From the IMG/VR virus record IMGVR_UViG_3300020577_005688, positions 32,001 through 96,000 of that record: 64,000 bases of DNA; one strand, given 5' to 3'. The DNA is from a virus (lineage: Duplodnaviria > Caudoviricetes). Shown here one piece after another: positions 9,852 to 18,841 of the stretch. A program made the position numbers and the translations under genes. Under the pieces are notes generated by a model. The model was given only the letters and a program-made list of their open reading frames with translations. It was not told the origin of the DNA and searched no databases. Positions within the stretch are counted from its first letter, which is position 1, and the number at the start of each line of letters is the position of its first letter.

Positions 9852-10283
9852 ATGGACGCACAGCAGAACCAGCAGCAGCCTCAGGCGGCTCCTCCCATCC
9901 AGGGACATGTCATCGACACGGACTCTCCGAAGCCCGTGGAGAAGCGGGAGATCCAGAAGGAGCAGTTCGAGCTGCTCGTGAAGGAAGCCGCAGATCACGC
10001 GGAAGAAGAAGGTGATTTCCGCCGAGCCAACAAGCTTCGCGGTGTGAAGTACGAGCCGACCTTCGCCGACACGGCCAAGTCGGTCGCAGTCAAGACGAAG
10101 AACGCCCTCATCACCGTGGGCATCGCCCTCGCCCCGCTCGGTGGCGTGTGGCTCATCTACCAGGGCATCAGGCTCCTGGTTCCCGCCGCCCGCAAGTGGC
10201 CGGCGCTCGGGATCAAGTACAACAACGAGAAGGAGGCGAAGGTCGTTCGTCTCGCTCCCGCTCCCAAGGCGACCACGCCGTAA
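9852..10283 (+). CDS. Single-pass membrane protein, GC-rich
   Basis: GAGGGG RBS; start MDAQQ; one hydrophobic segment ALITVGIALAPLGGVWLIY; followed by its own terminator. Confidence 0.7.
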   Translation: MDAQQNQQQPQAAPPIQGHVIDTDSPKPVEKREIQKEQFELLVKEAADHAEEEGDFRRANKLRGVKYEPTFADTAKSVAVKTKNALITVGIALAPLGGVWLIYQGIRLLVPAARKWPALGIKYNNEKEAKVVRLAPAPKATTP

Positions 10284-10290
10284 CATTTCC

Positions 10291-10360
10291 CCGAGAGGAG
10301 CTTCACAGCTCCTCGGAGAGTGCGCACGTTTCCCTCCTTTACCGTGCGCACTCTTTTTTA
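10291..10360 (+). terminator. Tandem hairpins; the second is an intrinsic terminator
   Basis: GAGGAGC/GCTCCTC hairpin, then AGAGTGCGCACG/CGTGCGCACTCT followed by a T-tract. Confidence 0.8.
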
Positions 10361-12151
10361 GGCCTCAGAGTCCAATCCTGACGTCTTCGCAGTAGGAGAA
10401 AGAATCTCGGGTCGCGGGTACTTGAGCATCGAAGCCAATGTGCAGAGCAAGATAGAGTGGAACGTGTCGTCTGTAGCGTCCGGGGTCTTGGAGTACTGAA
10501 TCTGTCGAAGCTGCTCATTGTATTCACTGAAGATGTTGAGCAGGTCCTTACCGAACGGATCCTCAAACTGCTCCCATCGAGGGAATCTGAAGAAGTCCCT
10601 CCTCTTGATAGCAGTGAAGATGTCGGTCATCACTTCAGTGCGGTGTACGAGGAAACGATGGAGCTTCTCCTCCCACTTCACCTTCTGACCTGGGTTTGAG
10701 TACTGATACTTGACGATACGGTTCTTGCTGAACATACGAGCCAGCGCGTCATTTCGATCGAAACCACCACCGTAGTCGACACCAATCAATTTGACGTCCC
10801 ACCGTCTGATGAGCTCTCCAATCAGCTCCAACTGAACGGGTGGTTCCATCTCCTGACCTTCGAAACGGTGAACGTAGAAGATAGTAAATCTGCCGTTCAC
10901 ATACGTTCCAAGAGAAATGATGGTGTACGTGTTCTCACCAGTTCCCCAGTCGATTCCAGCAAAGATGTCCATCCCACCAGACATCTTGTTCTTCAATGCC
11001 TGCATACCCTCAGCAGTCATCAAGAGCTCTGGGTCACAGTTGTCCATCACATCTTGTTGAGTAAGGGGCCTCATACCGGAGTCGCAGGCTTCTCCGAGAA
11101 CCTCATTGAAGAACTTTGGTTGAGAGTAGGTTGTGTAGGAGTCTAGAATCTCACTCCACTTCAACCAAGGAACCATCAACTGTGGGATCCGAAAGCCTTC
11201 GTACGGCTCAGTGAGCTTCTCTTTGACTGAGGCGTTCATCATTGCCCAACGAGACTCATTCCGCATTGGGTGGATGATTTCACCGCACTTGGCACAGATA
11301 AGACCCTTCTTCCCGATGTTCTGCTCTCCAAGAATGTTCCAATACCAAGTGGAAGGGTCTGATGGGACTCCATGGTGGTCGCAAGGAACAACCCACTCAT
11401 TCTGGGTTGAGTACTTCGTCCAGTAGTACTCAATCGAGTTATCGAAGGACTTCGGTGTTCCAGAGTAGATGAAGATCTTGAACGGAGAGTGAGATGCACA
11501 CTGTTCAATGACCGGGATGTTCTCTGTGATGATGTCCTGCAGCTCGTCAAGCAGGACCATGTCAGCTGGGATACCACGCGTTCTATCTGCGTTGTGGTAC
11601 GCGTACCTGAGAGTCACTTGGCTTCGATTGATGAACTTCTTCTGGAAGACGTTGTCGCTGAGCTTCGACGTCGTCCAGGCCTTCAGTACGTCTGAGGTCT
11701 CGATGGGCTCCTTCAGACGGTCCTGTGAGAAGGTCTTTGTTTGCTGGTTGGTGGGAGACACATACAAAACATTGAACGCGTTGATGATGCAACAGTAGGA
11801 GAGAGTCTTGTTACCGAGCAGGGTAGACTTCTCGACCTGACGACCGCACTTGTAGAGAGTACGCTTGGATGGGGTGTCGTAAGGAAGTCGAAGATACCTG
11901 CGGCCCTCGAACGAGAAGGGCAAGAACTTCTGGGACTTCTTGTCCGGAACTTTGACGGCAAACTCTACGAACTGAGACGGGGTTACTGAGAGAAGGGTCG
12001 ATTGCTTGAGCGCGAGCTCATCCTCATCTAGGAAGCCTTCGTACACTTCCTTTTCGTAGTCCCACTCTTCCTTGAGCTCAGGCTCTCCGCTCTCAGAAAT
12101 GACGACGTTGGCGTTGTTTCTGAAGTACTCTTCGCTTGAGACGACAGTCAT
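10358..12151 (-). CDS. terL: Terminase large subunit (lambda GpA-like)
   Basis: Walker A-like CGRQVEKST, Walker B LLDELQD, SGTP coupling motif, C-terminal nuclease motifs AGIDWG and DDTFHS. Confidence 0.9.
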   Translation of the reverse strand: MTVVSSEEYFRNNANVVISESGEPELKEEWDYEKEVYEGFLDEDELALKQSTLLSVTPSQFVEFAVKVPDKKSQKFLPFSFEGRRYLRLPYDTPSKRTLYKCGRQVEKSTLLGNKTLSYCCIINAFNVLYVSPTNQQTKTFSQDRLKEPIETSDVLKAWTTSKLSDNVFQKKFINRSQVTLRYAYHNADRTRGIPADMVLLDELQDIITENIPVIEQCASHSPFKIFIYSGTPKSFDNSIEYYWTKYSTQNEWVVPCDHHGVPSDPSTWYWNILGEQNIGKKGLICAKCGEIIHPMRNESRWAMMNASVKEKLTEPYEGFRIPQLMVPWLKWSEILDSYTTYSQPKFFNEVLGEACDSGMRPLTQQDVMDNCDPELLMTAEGMQALKNKMSGGMDIFAGIDWGTGENTYTIISLGTYVNGRFTIFYVHRFEGQEMEPPVQLELIGELIRRWDVKLIGVDYGGGFDRNDALARMFSKNRIVKYQYSNPGQKVKWEEKLHRFLVHRTEVMTDIFTAIKRRDFFRFPRWEQFEDPFGKDLLNIFSEYNEQLRQIQYSKTPDATDDTFHSILLCTLASMLKYPRPEILSPTAKTSGLDSEA

Positions 12152-12160
12152 TCTAGCTCC

Positions 12161-12472
12161 ATGAGTGAACTACCTCCACCGCTCGCCTGGCTTCCGGGCT
12201 TCGCAAACTCCCTATCTGGAGCTATTGATACTCCGGTCCAGATCGAATGTACACAGAGTGTAAATCCTTTGGTGTACATCGTGAAGTTCCGATTCGGGGA
12301 AAACGTCACTGGGAAACGTATGATGTTGGTGTGGAACCTCTACCAACAGTATGCCGCAAAAAATGACGCTGTCCCTCAAGGAAAGGTCGAATCAGAGGGA
12401 AAGACGCTTACGACCTCTATCATCATCAAAAGGAAAAGGGGTCTGCCAAGAAATGAGCATCCGCTGGCATAA
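12161..12472 (+). CDS. Hypothetical protein
   Basis: 103-aa ORF filling the gap, divergent from terL. Confidence 0.55.
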   Translation: MSELPPPLAWLPGFANSLSGAIDTPVQIECTQSVNPLVYIVKFRFGENVTGKRMMLVWNLYQQYAAKNDAVPQGKVESEGKTLTTSIIIKRKRGLPRNEHPLA

Positions 12473-12475
12473 GAA
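12466..12475 (+). promoter_or_regulatory. Putative phage promoter motif GGCATAAGAA
   Basis: Matches the motif at 9786, 28109 and 36511; about 20 nt before the rnhB start. Confidence 0.45.
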
Positions 12476-12494
12476 GTCAGAGGGGAAAACTTTC

Positions 12495-13100
12495 ATGCAC
12501 GAACAAGAGATTCAGGGAGGGTTGGATGAAGTTGGGTACGGCTCCCTTGCAGGACCCTTCATTGCAGTAGTTGCTGTGTTTCGGCAGAAAGACTTCACCT
12601 TCTTACCTCCCGGAGTAACAGACTCGAAGAAGCTAAGTCATAGCTCTCTGGAGGCTCTGTATGAACCCATCTGTGCTGCAGCTTCTGACATCGGTATCGG
12701 TCACGCCATGCCAGAAGAAATCGACACGATGGGTGTGTCCGTAGCTCTTCAGTTGACGTACCAGAGAGCTATTGAAGAACTCGTTGTACGTCCGACAACT
12801 CTCATCGTGGATGGGAACAAGCCCGTAAAGAGTTGGACCGGAAAGCAGATTGTGGAACCGAAGGCAGACCTCAATCACAAAGTAGTGTCTGCCGCCTCCA
12901 TCATCGCAAAGGTGTGGAGAGACAGACTGATGAATCAACTCTCGAAGAAGTTCCCAGAGTATCGATGGGACGCGAACAAGGGGTACGGTTCTGAGGAGCA
13001 CTTCGAGGCAATCAGGAAGAACGGGCTTGTTCTTCCGGGTCCAAACGGGAATGAATACATCCACAGAAAAGCCTATTGCAAAAGATTCCTCAACGACTGA
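12495..13100 (+). CDS. rnhB: Ribonuclease HII
   Basis: GLDEVGYGSLAGP, DSKKL, IVDG, KAD, VSAASIIAKVWRD and NKGYG motifs; GAGGGG RBS at the MHEQ start. Confidence 0.93.
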   Translation: MHEQEIQGGLDEVGYGSLAGPFIAVVAVFRQKDFTFLPPGVTDSKKLSHSSLEALYEPICAAASDIGIGHAMPEEIDTMGVSVALQLTYQRAIEELVVRPTTLIVDGNKPVKSWTGKQIVEPKADLNHKVVSAASIIAKVWRDRLMNQLSKKFPEYRWDANKGYGSEEHFEAIRKNGLVLPGPNGNEYIHRKAYCKRFLND

Positions 13101-13350
13101 TGTCGTTGTTCCATGTGTCGTATGTGACCGACAAGTCTACATCCGGATGACAGATTGGGCTCTCGCCAAGAGACCCTGCGCAGTGTGTCCGTCTTGTCTG
13201 GATGTCAATCCAATCTCAGCAATCTGCCAGTTCAACAATCTCAGGAGTCAGTTCAGCGAGATGAAGAAGAGACTGGACGAGGTCACCGCATCCGTCTCCG
13301 CCCTTCGGCAAGACTTTGACGAACTTACGAATGCTGAGTACTTCGAGTAG
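13051..13350 (+). CDS. Zinc-finger plus coiled-coil hypothetical protein
   Basis: CVVC...CAVCPSC followed by a heptad-like helix. Confidence 0.6.
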   Translation: MNTSTEKPIAKDSSTTDVVVPCVVCDRQVYIRMTDWALAKRPCAVCPSCLDVNPISAICQFNNLRSQFSEMKKRLDEVTASVSALRQDFDELTNAEYFE

Positions 13351-13354
13351 TACG

Positions 13355-13382
13355 ATGGGCCTGAAGTTAGGCCCATTTTTTA
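13355..13382 (+). terminator. Intrinsic terminator at a convergent junction
   Basis: ATGGGCCT/AGGCCCAT stem plus a T-tract. Confidence 0.8.
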
Positions 13383-13386
13383 ACTC

Positions 13387-13641
13387 TCAGAGACCAAGCT
13401 CCTGCATTCGGTCTCGCTCGTAGGCTTTTCGAAAAGCCTCCCACTTCTCTCCCATTACCGCAGCGTCGCCTTCGTTCTCAGAGATTACCTGACGGACGTG
13501 CTCGATTCTTGCCCGAATGATGTTCAGGAAATCGGTAATCTCACCTGCATCGAGAGACGGGTTCCGGGCTTTGATGAGCTCTTCCAAGGTCATTCCAGTC
13601 GTTGTGAGGCTTGGGGAACGGCAATCCTTCTCTCTCAACAT
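13387..13641 (-). CDS. Hypothetical protein
   Basis: GAGG RBS; contiguous with the upstream minus-strand genes. Confidence 0.6.
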   Translation of the reverse strand: MLREKDCRSPSLTTTGMTLEELIKARNPSLDAGEITDFLNIIRARIEHVRQVISENEGDAAVMGEKWEAFRKAYERDRMQELGL

Positions 13642-13643
13642 GG

Positions 13644-14099
13644 CTACACCTCGTTGGTCATTACCGAGTGCAGAGTCTCCAGTGCTTCAATCGCATTCTC
13701 ACGCGCAAACTGACCTGAACCAAACCCTCTCGCCTTGACGAAGAAAGAGCCCATGTCTTCGTCAAACGAGTACTCCCACTTCGAGAAGAAGACCTTGCTG
13801 AATGCCTTGTCGAGAAGTCGATCGAAGTGCTTCACGAAGCGAGGACGTACTTTTCCGGCCCTGTCTGCCTCATGAAACTTCCAAGGCCAGATGTGGAAAA
13901 TGAGGTCATCTTCCTTCGAGGCAAACTCAGCCTCGTAGTTCGATGGGCTCATGACTGGTTGGAAATCAATTTGGTCGAACCCCTTGACTCCAGAGTCTGC
14001 TTCCTTGACGACAATAGGAGACAACTCCTTCTTCAACGTATCCAATTCGGAAGAGGCCTTCTCAGAAACTACACCTTCTGACGTTCTCTCAGACCACAT
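13644..14099 (-). CDS. Hypothetical protein
   Basis: AAGGAG RBS; EKAS and VKEA motifs near the N-terminus. Confidence 0.65.
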   Translation of the reverse strand: MWSERTSEGVVSEKASSELDTLKKELSPIVVKEADSGVKGFDQIDFQPVMSPSNYEAEFASKEDDLIFHIWPWKFHEADRAGKVRPRFVKHFDRLLDKAFSKVFFSKWEYSFDEDMGSFFVKARGFGSGQFARENAIEALETLHSVMTNEV

Positions 14100-14110
14100 T
14101 GAGTGGCTCC

Positions 14111-14578
14111 TTAGCAGTACTTCCTTGTCATCTTCTTCTTCAACGACCCAGCCATTTTAGAGAAGGCTGACTTCTCCATCTTCTTCAACTTCTTGTAGTA
14201 GTCAGAATCTTCTGCAAGGTGGTCTTTTGCAATCTCTTTTGCAATTGAGGGGTCTTTGGTGTGCTCCTTCTCCACCTTCTGACCTGCCATCAACTCCTTC
14301 TTTGGAAAGTCAGAGGACTTCATATGGTCAGCGAGTCCACCTTCGATCTTGTCTGTTTGCCTGTTCTGAGGATTAAAGGAAGACCCGTCACTATAGCGAT
14401 AGACCGAGTAGAGACGCTTCGAAACTGGATCCCTCATCCGTTGAATCTTTGAAACCTTCTTCTCTTCTGGAGAAGCCTTCTTGACCTTCTCGGGGAGCTT
14501 TTTCATGTTTGGAGTCTCATCTGCCCATCGCTTTTTCGGTTTGCTTCTCTTCGACACCACTTCCCGTAAAGTTTCCAC
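14111..14578 (-). CDS. DUF5661-like domain protein (start uncertain)
   Basis: ELMAGQKVEKEHTKDPSIAKEIAKDHLAEDSDYYKKL matches the GxxVExEH...IAxxHL.E..DYYxxL pattern. Confidence 0.65.
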   Translation of the reverse strand: METLREVVSKRSKPKKRWADETPNMKKLPEKVKKASPEEKKVSKIQRMRDPVSKRLYSVYRYSDGSSFNPQNRQTDKIEGGLADHMKSSDFPKKELMAGQKVEKEHTKDPSIAKEIAKDHLAEDSDYYKKLKKMEKSAFSKMAGSLKKKMTRKYC

Positions 14579-15374
14579 CAGGAGCGAGCATCTTGATGTC
14601 GGGGGGAGGGATCTGAGGGTGCTCCATTCGGAATCGCTCGAAGTTCTTCAAGATGTCCTTCAGAGCCATGTCCGAAGTTGAGAGGGCTTCGTGACAGTCA
14701 ACGATGGTCTTCCCAAGGACGCCGATAGCCTTGACCTTGTCCGGCCCAGTTCCAGGCTTCCTACTGACCTCTTCAATGGTGAAGTAGGCAATCTCCTGCG
14801 TCCTCTGAATCATCGTCTTTGAGTCGATTGCCTGTTGGAGCTGCAGGTGAAACATTGCGAGCTCTGGTGTTGCTTGGAGCATCGACATGTACCGTTCGTA
14901 CATGCCTGACCTTCCATACAAGAAGCGACCCCACTCATCCCACGTCAGAAGGTCGACATTCCAGAACATGTCATGGAAGGCACCCATGCCCTCTGCTGAG
15001 AGGTGCCATCCGTGTTTCTTGTTCAAGCGAAGAGCGATGGCTTTTCGATCGAGTCGTGCGAGAAGAGCTTGCTCGACATTCAGACGAACGAGAGGGTCGC
15101 TCAGAATCTTCCACGCTTGTCGTACACCATCGGTCGGGTGGAAGAACTCGAAGATACCGTGTTTTCGAAGGAAGTTCATCGAAGGACGGTGAGCTCGGTT
15201 TGTGTAATCAAACCCAGGAGGCTCGTCCTTCAACTCTTGCTTCAAGAAATCGAGGTACACCGTCTCAGGAGTGAGAAATCCCCAATCCTCCAGATTCTTC
15301 AAAATCTCTGGAGTCTTGATGTTCTCGTCCTTCACCATCAAGTACTTGATGAAGTGGTGTGCTGGATGTTTCAT
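14517..15374 (-). CDS. Hypothetical helical protein
   Basis: 285-aa ORF translationally coupled (ATGA) to the upstream gene. Confidence 0.7.
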   Translation of the reverse strand: MKHPAHHFIKYLMVKDENIKTPEILKNLEDWGFLTPETVYLDFLKQELKDEPPGFDYTNRAHRPSMNFLRKHGIFEFFHPTDGVRQAWKILSDPLVRLNVEQALLARLDRKAIALRLNKKHGWHLSAEGMGAFHDMFWNVDLLTWDEWGRFLYGRSGMYERYMSMLQATPELAMFHLQLQQAIDSKTMIQRTQEIAYFTIEEVSRKPGTGPDKVKAIGVLGKTIVDCHEALSTSDMALKDILKNFERFRMEHPQIPPPDIKMLAPGGNFTGSGVEEKQTEKAMGR

Positions 15375-16174
15375 GACAGGTTCGAGATCTGAAGAAGCTC
15401 TTGAAAGAAAGAGGGGAGACGCATTCCGAGCTTATTGAAATCTGAGCTCTTCTTGAATGCCTCCCATGCATTATTGATGTCTTGCATGTCCTTGGTATTT
15501 CCACCCCTATCTGGGTGATGCTTTGCAGCCTGCTCGCGATATTTCTTCTTTGCATCTGCCTTCGTTTTAACGTCTTTCAACCAATCGGGGGTCCTGACGT
15601 TCTGAGGAGGCTTTGGAGGAGGAGCATACCCTCCGGCATTCGAGGAGCCACGTTGATTTTGATAGTTCTGCCGAGCTTCCCGACTCTTCCGTTCGGTGTC
15701 TGCCCATTCCTTACCAAAATCCTGCCAACGACTTTTGAAGTCTTCCCAATCTTTGTCACTCTTCTCTTGGTGAGATTTCCACTTTGCCTGAGTCTCTGCT
15801 CTTCTTTTTTCGTACCTGAAATCGTCTGCTCTCCACTTCCTTCTCATCTTGATGCTGCTTCTTGTGAGATCTTTATCCATACCAGAGAAAGAGCCAATAC
15901 CATGGCCGAGGATACCTCCGGTTGCGGCGGCACTAATCACTGCGCGTCTCTGGTTTTTGAGTATTTTCTTCTTCTTTTTTTCAGGCAGCTTTTTGAAGTG
16001 CTCTGATTTTCTGATAGACCTCACACCTGCGTATGCAGAAGTCCCACCAGCAGCGGCCCCGATACCGGCTCCAACAAGTCCTCGACGAAGTTCGTTATTC
16101 GTCTTGAGGACTCTCTTGGCATGAGTAAAAGCGCCCTTCAGAGACCTTTTGAACGCTTCTTTTGTTTCTGACAT
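15371..16174 (-). CDS. DnaJ J-domain protein with N-terminal glycine-zipper helices
   Basis: KKKYREQAAKHHPDRGGNTKDMQDINNAWE (HPD motif); GLVGAGIGAAAGG and AAATGGILGHGIG helices. Confidence 0.85.
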   Translation of the reverse strand: MSETKEAFKRSLKGAFTHAKRVLKTNNELRRGLVGAGIGAAAGGTSAYAGVRSIRKSEHFKKLPEKKKKKILKNQRRAVISAAATGGILGHGIGSFSGMDKDLTRSSIKMRRKWRADDFRYEKRRAETQAKWKSHQEKSDKDWEDFKSRWQDFGKEWADTERKSREARQNYQNQRGSSNAGGYAPPPKPPQNVRTPDWLKDVKTKADAKKKYREQAAKHHPDRGGNTKDMQDINNAWEAFKKSSDFNKLGMRLPSFFQELLQISNLS

Positions 16175-16177
16175 TGA

Positions 16178-18832
16178 TCACTCCTGCGAGTACTGAAGAG
16201 CCTTCAACGAGAGGATAACCTCTTCCATGTTCTTCATTGACCGCTCGACTGCTCCAATCGGGATTTCCTTCATGCCGAGGTAACCAGCAAGAACCATCTC
16301 AGCCATCTTCTCAGAGCACTGCTCAAGCTCTGGCAAGAACTCGATGAAGGTCGAGAGGTTCTCTGGATTGATGAAGTTCAAGGCCAAGACTTTATCGACT
16401 GTACCCTGGTCTTCCATCTGGGCGGCTTCCTTGATGAGGTCCTTCCTCAAGTCAGGGAGCTTGGAGAGAAGGCTGGAGGCTGTCTTCACAGACTCCTGGA
16501 ACCTCTCAGCCAATGGAACAATGGTCTTCAACCCAGCGAGCTTGACCGAGCCGGTCCTCCGAGCCTCAGCAACCTTCTGCTTTGCGGTCACACCATCGAC
16601 GCCAAGAAGACCGAGCATGAACTCAGCACTCACGGCATCGAGACTGTGCTTCAAGTCAGCAGCAACCTTGTCGAGGCCACACCCACCAACGATGTTGAAT
16701 GCACCGTTGTAGAAGAGAACAGCAGAGGTCTTCTCTCTGTTCACCTTCTTGGAAGAACCCACAGACTCTCCCTTTTCTGCGAGAGAGACTTTGGAGTTGA
16801 GACGAGTGAATCCCCAACCATGTGGGAGTGCGTACTCATCTTCTGCAATCTTCTGAGGGGTCTTGAGGCCTGGAATGATAGAGACCTTCACTTCGTTTCC
16901 GAAGGAATCGACTCCAATATAGCGCGGAACTCCATCGGACCCATTCATTCCAAACTTCACTTCGATGGGAGCAGAGGCCTGCGTCCCATCGGAAGAACGG
17001 AACACACCAAGACCCTTTGGAATGTCGATAGGCGGAGACACATCCTCTGACTCGACCTTCTCTCCAACGATGTCCTGCTGAATGGCGTGACCCTTTTCTC
17101 CAACAAACAGGCCAGTCTTCTGAGGTGAGAACGACTCGTCCCAGGCAAAGGTCTCTGGGAAGACCCAACCTTCCATGGTCTTTCCAGCAGTCGTCTGGAC
17201 CTTGTAACGACCGAACTCGGAAACAGCAGAAGTGTCTGAAGCTTCTTCTGTGTCGAGTTCAACTGGGTCAGAAACAGCAGTTGCTGTCTGGCCAGGCTGC
17301 ATTGCCTTCGCGACTGGAGCCCCAATTGCCTCTGCCACCTCTTCAAAGGGCACGACTTGACCCTGAGCTTGGGCACCGCCTGCAAACGCCTGAACGTTTG
17401 CCGACTTCACCATGAAGGCTCCACCTGGGAGCTTCTGGAATGTCACAACAGAGGGCTCAATAGAATCGGCAAGCGTCTGCAGACGGTCATTTGCAGAAGC
17501 GAGCTTCGTGTCCATCACTTCGACAAGAGTCGCAGCAATGCCAGACTTCTTGAAACCCGCACGGAGGAACGGATCCGCTGCAACCTTCTCAACAAAGGCA
17601 TCCCTATCCGACTCTCGAAGAGTAGGAGCAATTGCTTGGAGAAGTGACGCAGTCTTCACTCCAGGCGAGGCAGCTGGCTTCTGTGGTTGAGCAGAAGACT
17701 TTTGAGCCTGAGCTGTTGCCTTTTGAGCCTGCTGACCTGGCGAAGGTGGATATACCTTTGGGTGGTATCCGTATTGGTTTGCGGCGATTGAGTAGACCTC
17801 GTTGATCACCTCTGGGTGGTCGTGGGTCATGTGCTTCTGAATCATCTTCTGAATCTTGTCGCTCTTGTAGATGGCCTCCCACTGCTCTTTCGAGATGTGC
17901 TTGAAGGCCTTCTTCTCCTTTGGCTTTGCTGCTTTTGGAGCCTTGGGAGCGGGAGCAGCCTCCTCCGGTGCTTCTTCCATTCCCCCTTCTTGAGCAGCTG
18001 CATCGAGACCCTGCTCATGTGGAGAAGGAGCAGCAGCCATCTGAACACCGGCCTGAGCTGCCAAGAGCTCTACATCAAGATTCCTCTTCTCCAAGTGGAG
18101 AGCGTCACGCTGAAGATTCTTCGCCATGCGCTGTGAGGCACGACCGGAAGACTCCTCAATAGTCTGCTCCATCTCACGCTGTGAGAGGTCCTCTTGGTCA
18201 AGAGTGAGAAACTGCTTCTGAAGTTCAAGAGCCTTCTCGAAGAGGGCGGTTCCAACATACTTCTTGAGCCACTCATCTCGATAATCGAGACTCGGCGAAG
18301 GTGATGACGAAATGGGCGAGCCCGCCTCAAGGGCCATTGCCATCTTGTACTCACCACCCATGCCGATTCCCGAACGCTGCGGAGGCATCAGAGGCTCGAC
18401 AAGACTTGGGTCTCTCGGCACAGATGTAGAGAGGTCAAACATTGCTGGGTTGAAGAGCGTCTCACGAATTCGCTCTTCACCGAGAGGAAGGACGCGCTCT
18501 CCATCCAAGAAGACGGAGAACGGACGTACTTGCCTCTCCTCCGCTACGAGAGGGATTCGAATATGAGGAATACCAGCCTCCTCATGCTCGATCTCTGGGC
18601 GTTCTGTCCTGTTCGCAACGTCAGCATAACCAAAGGCAAACCCACGCCCTTGATCAACCTTGTCGAGAGAGACATTCACTTCGTAATCAGACAGGAATGG
18701 ATACTGGCGGTGAAGTTCGCTGCCAATCTCCTGGCCCCAGTTATCTGGCGTCTCAGACAGACGATGAGTGAATCCAGCTTCCTTGGTCTGAGGCTCTTCA
18801 GTTGTTGCTGGACGCAGAAACAGTGAACGCAT
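16178..18832 (-). CDS. Large putative virion core protein with many KxA motifs
   Basis: 884 aa; GAGGAG RBS; TKEA, YKMA, VKTA, EKVA, TKLA, VKSA, DKVA, IKEA and EKMA motifs. Confidence 0.7.
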   Translation of the reverse strand: MRSLFLRPATTEEPQTKEAGFTHRLSETPDNWGQEIGSELHRQYPFLSDYEVNVSLDKVDQGRGFAFGYADVANRTERPEIEHEEAGIPHIRIPLVAEERQVRPFSVFLDGERVLPLGEERIRETLFNPAMFDLSTSVPRDPSLVEPLMPPQRSGIGMGGEYKMAMALEAGSPISSSPSPSLDYRDEWLKKYVGTALFEKALELQKQFLTLDQEDLSQREMEQTIEESSGRASQRMAKNLQRDALHLEKRNLDVELLAAQAGVQMAAAPSPHEQGLDAAAQEGGMEEAPEEAAPAPKAPKAAKPKEKKAFKHISKEQWEAIYKSDKIQKMIQKHMTHDHPEVINEVYSIAANQYGYHPKVYPPSPGQQAQKATAQAQKSSAQPQKPAASPGVKTASLLQAIAPTLRESDRDAFVEKVAADPFLRAGFKKSGIAATLVEVMDTKLASANDRLQTLADSIEPSVVTFQKLPGGAFMVKSANVQAFAGGAQAQGQVVPFEEVAEAIGAPVAKAMQPGQTATAVSDPVELDTEEASDTSAVSEFGRYKVQTTAGKTMEGWVFPETFAWDESFSPQKTGLFVGEKGHAIQQDIVGEKVESEDVSPPIDIPKGLGVFRSSDGTQASAPIEVKFGMNGSDGVPRYIGVDSFGNEVKVSIIPGLKTPQKIAEDEYALPHGWGFTRLNSKVSLAEKGESVGSSKKVNREKTSAVLFYNGAFNIVGGCGLDKVAADLKHSLDAVSAEFMLGLLGVDGVTAKQKVAEARRTGSVKLAGLKTIVPLAERFQESVKTASSLLSKLPDLRKDLIKEAAQMEDQGTVDKVLALNFINPENLSTFIEFLPELEQCSEKMAEMVLAGYLGMKEIPIGAVERSMKNMEEVILSLKALQYSQE

Positions 18833-18841
18833 GTGTTCTCC

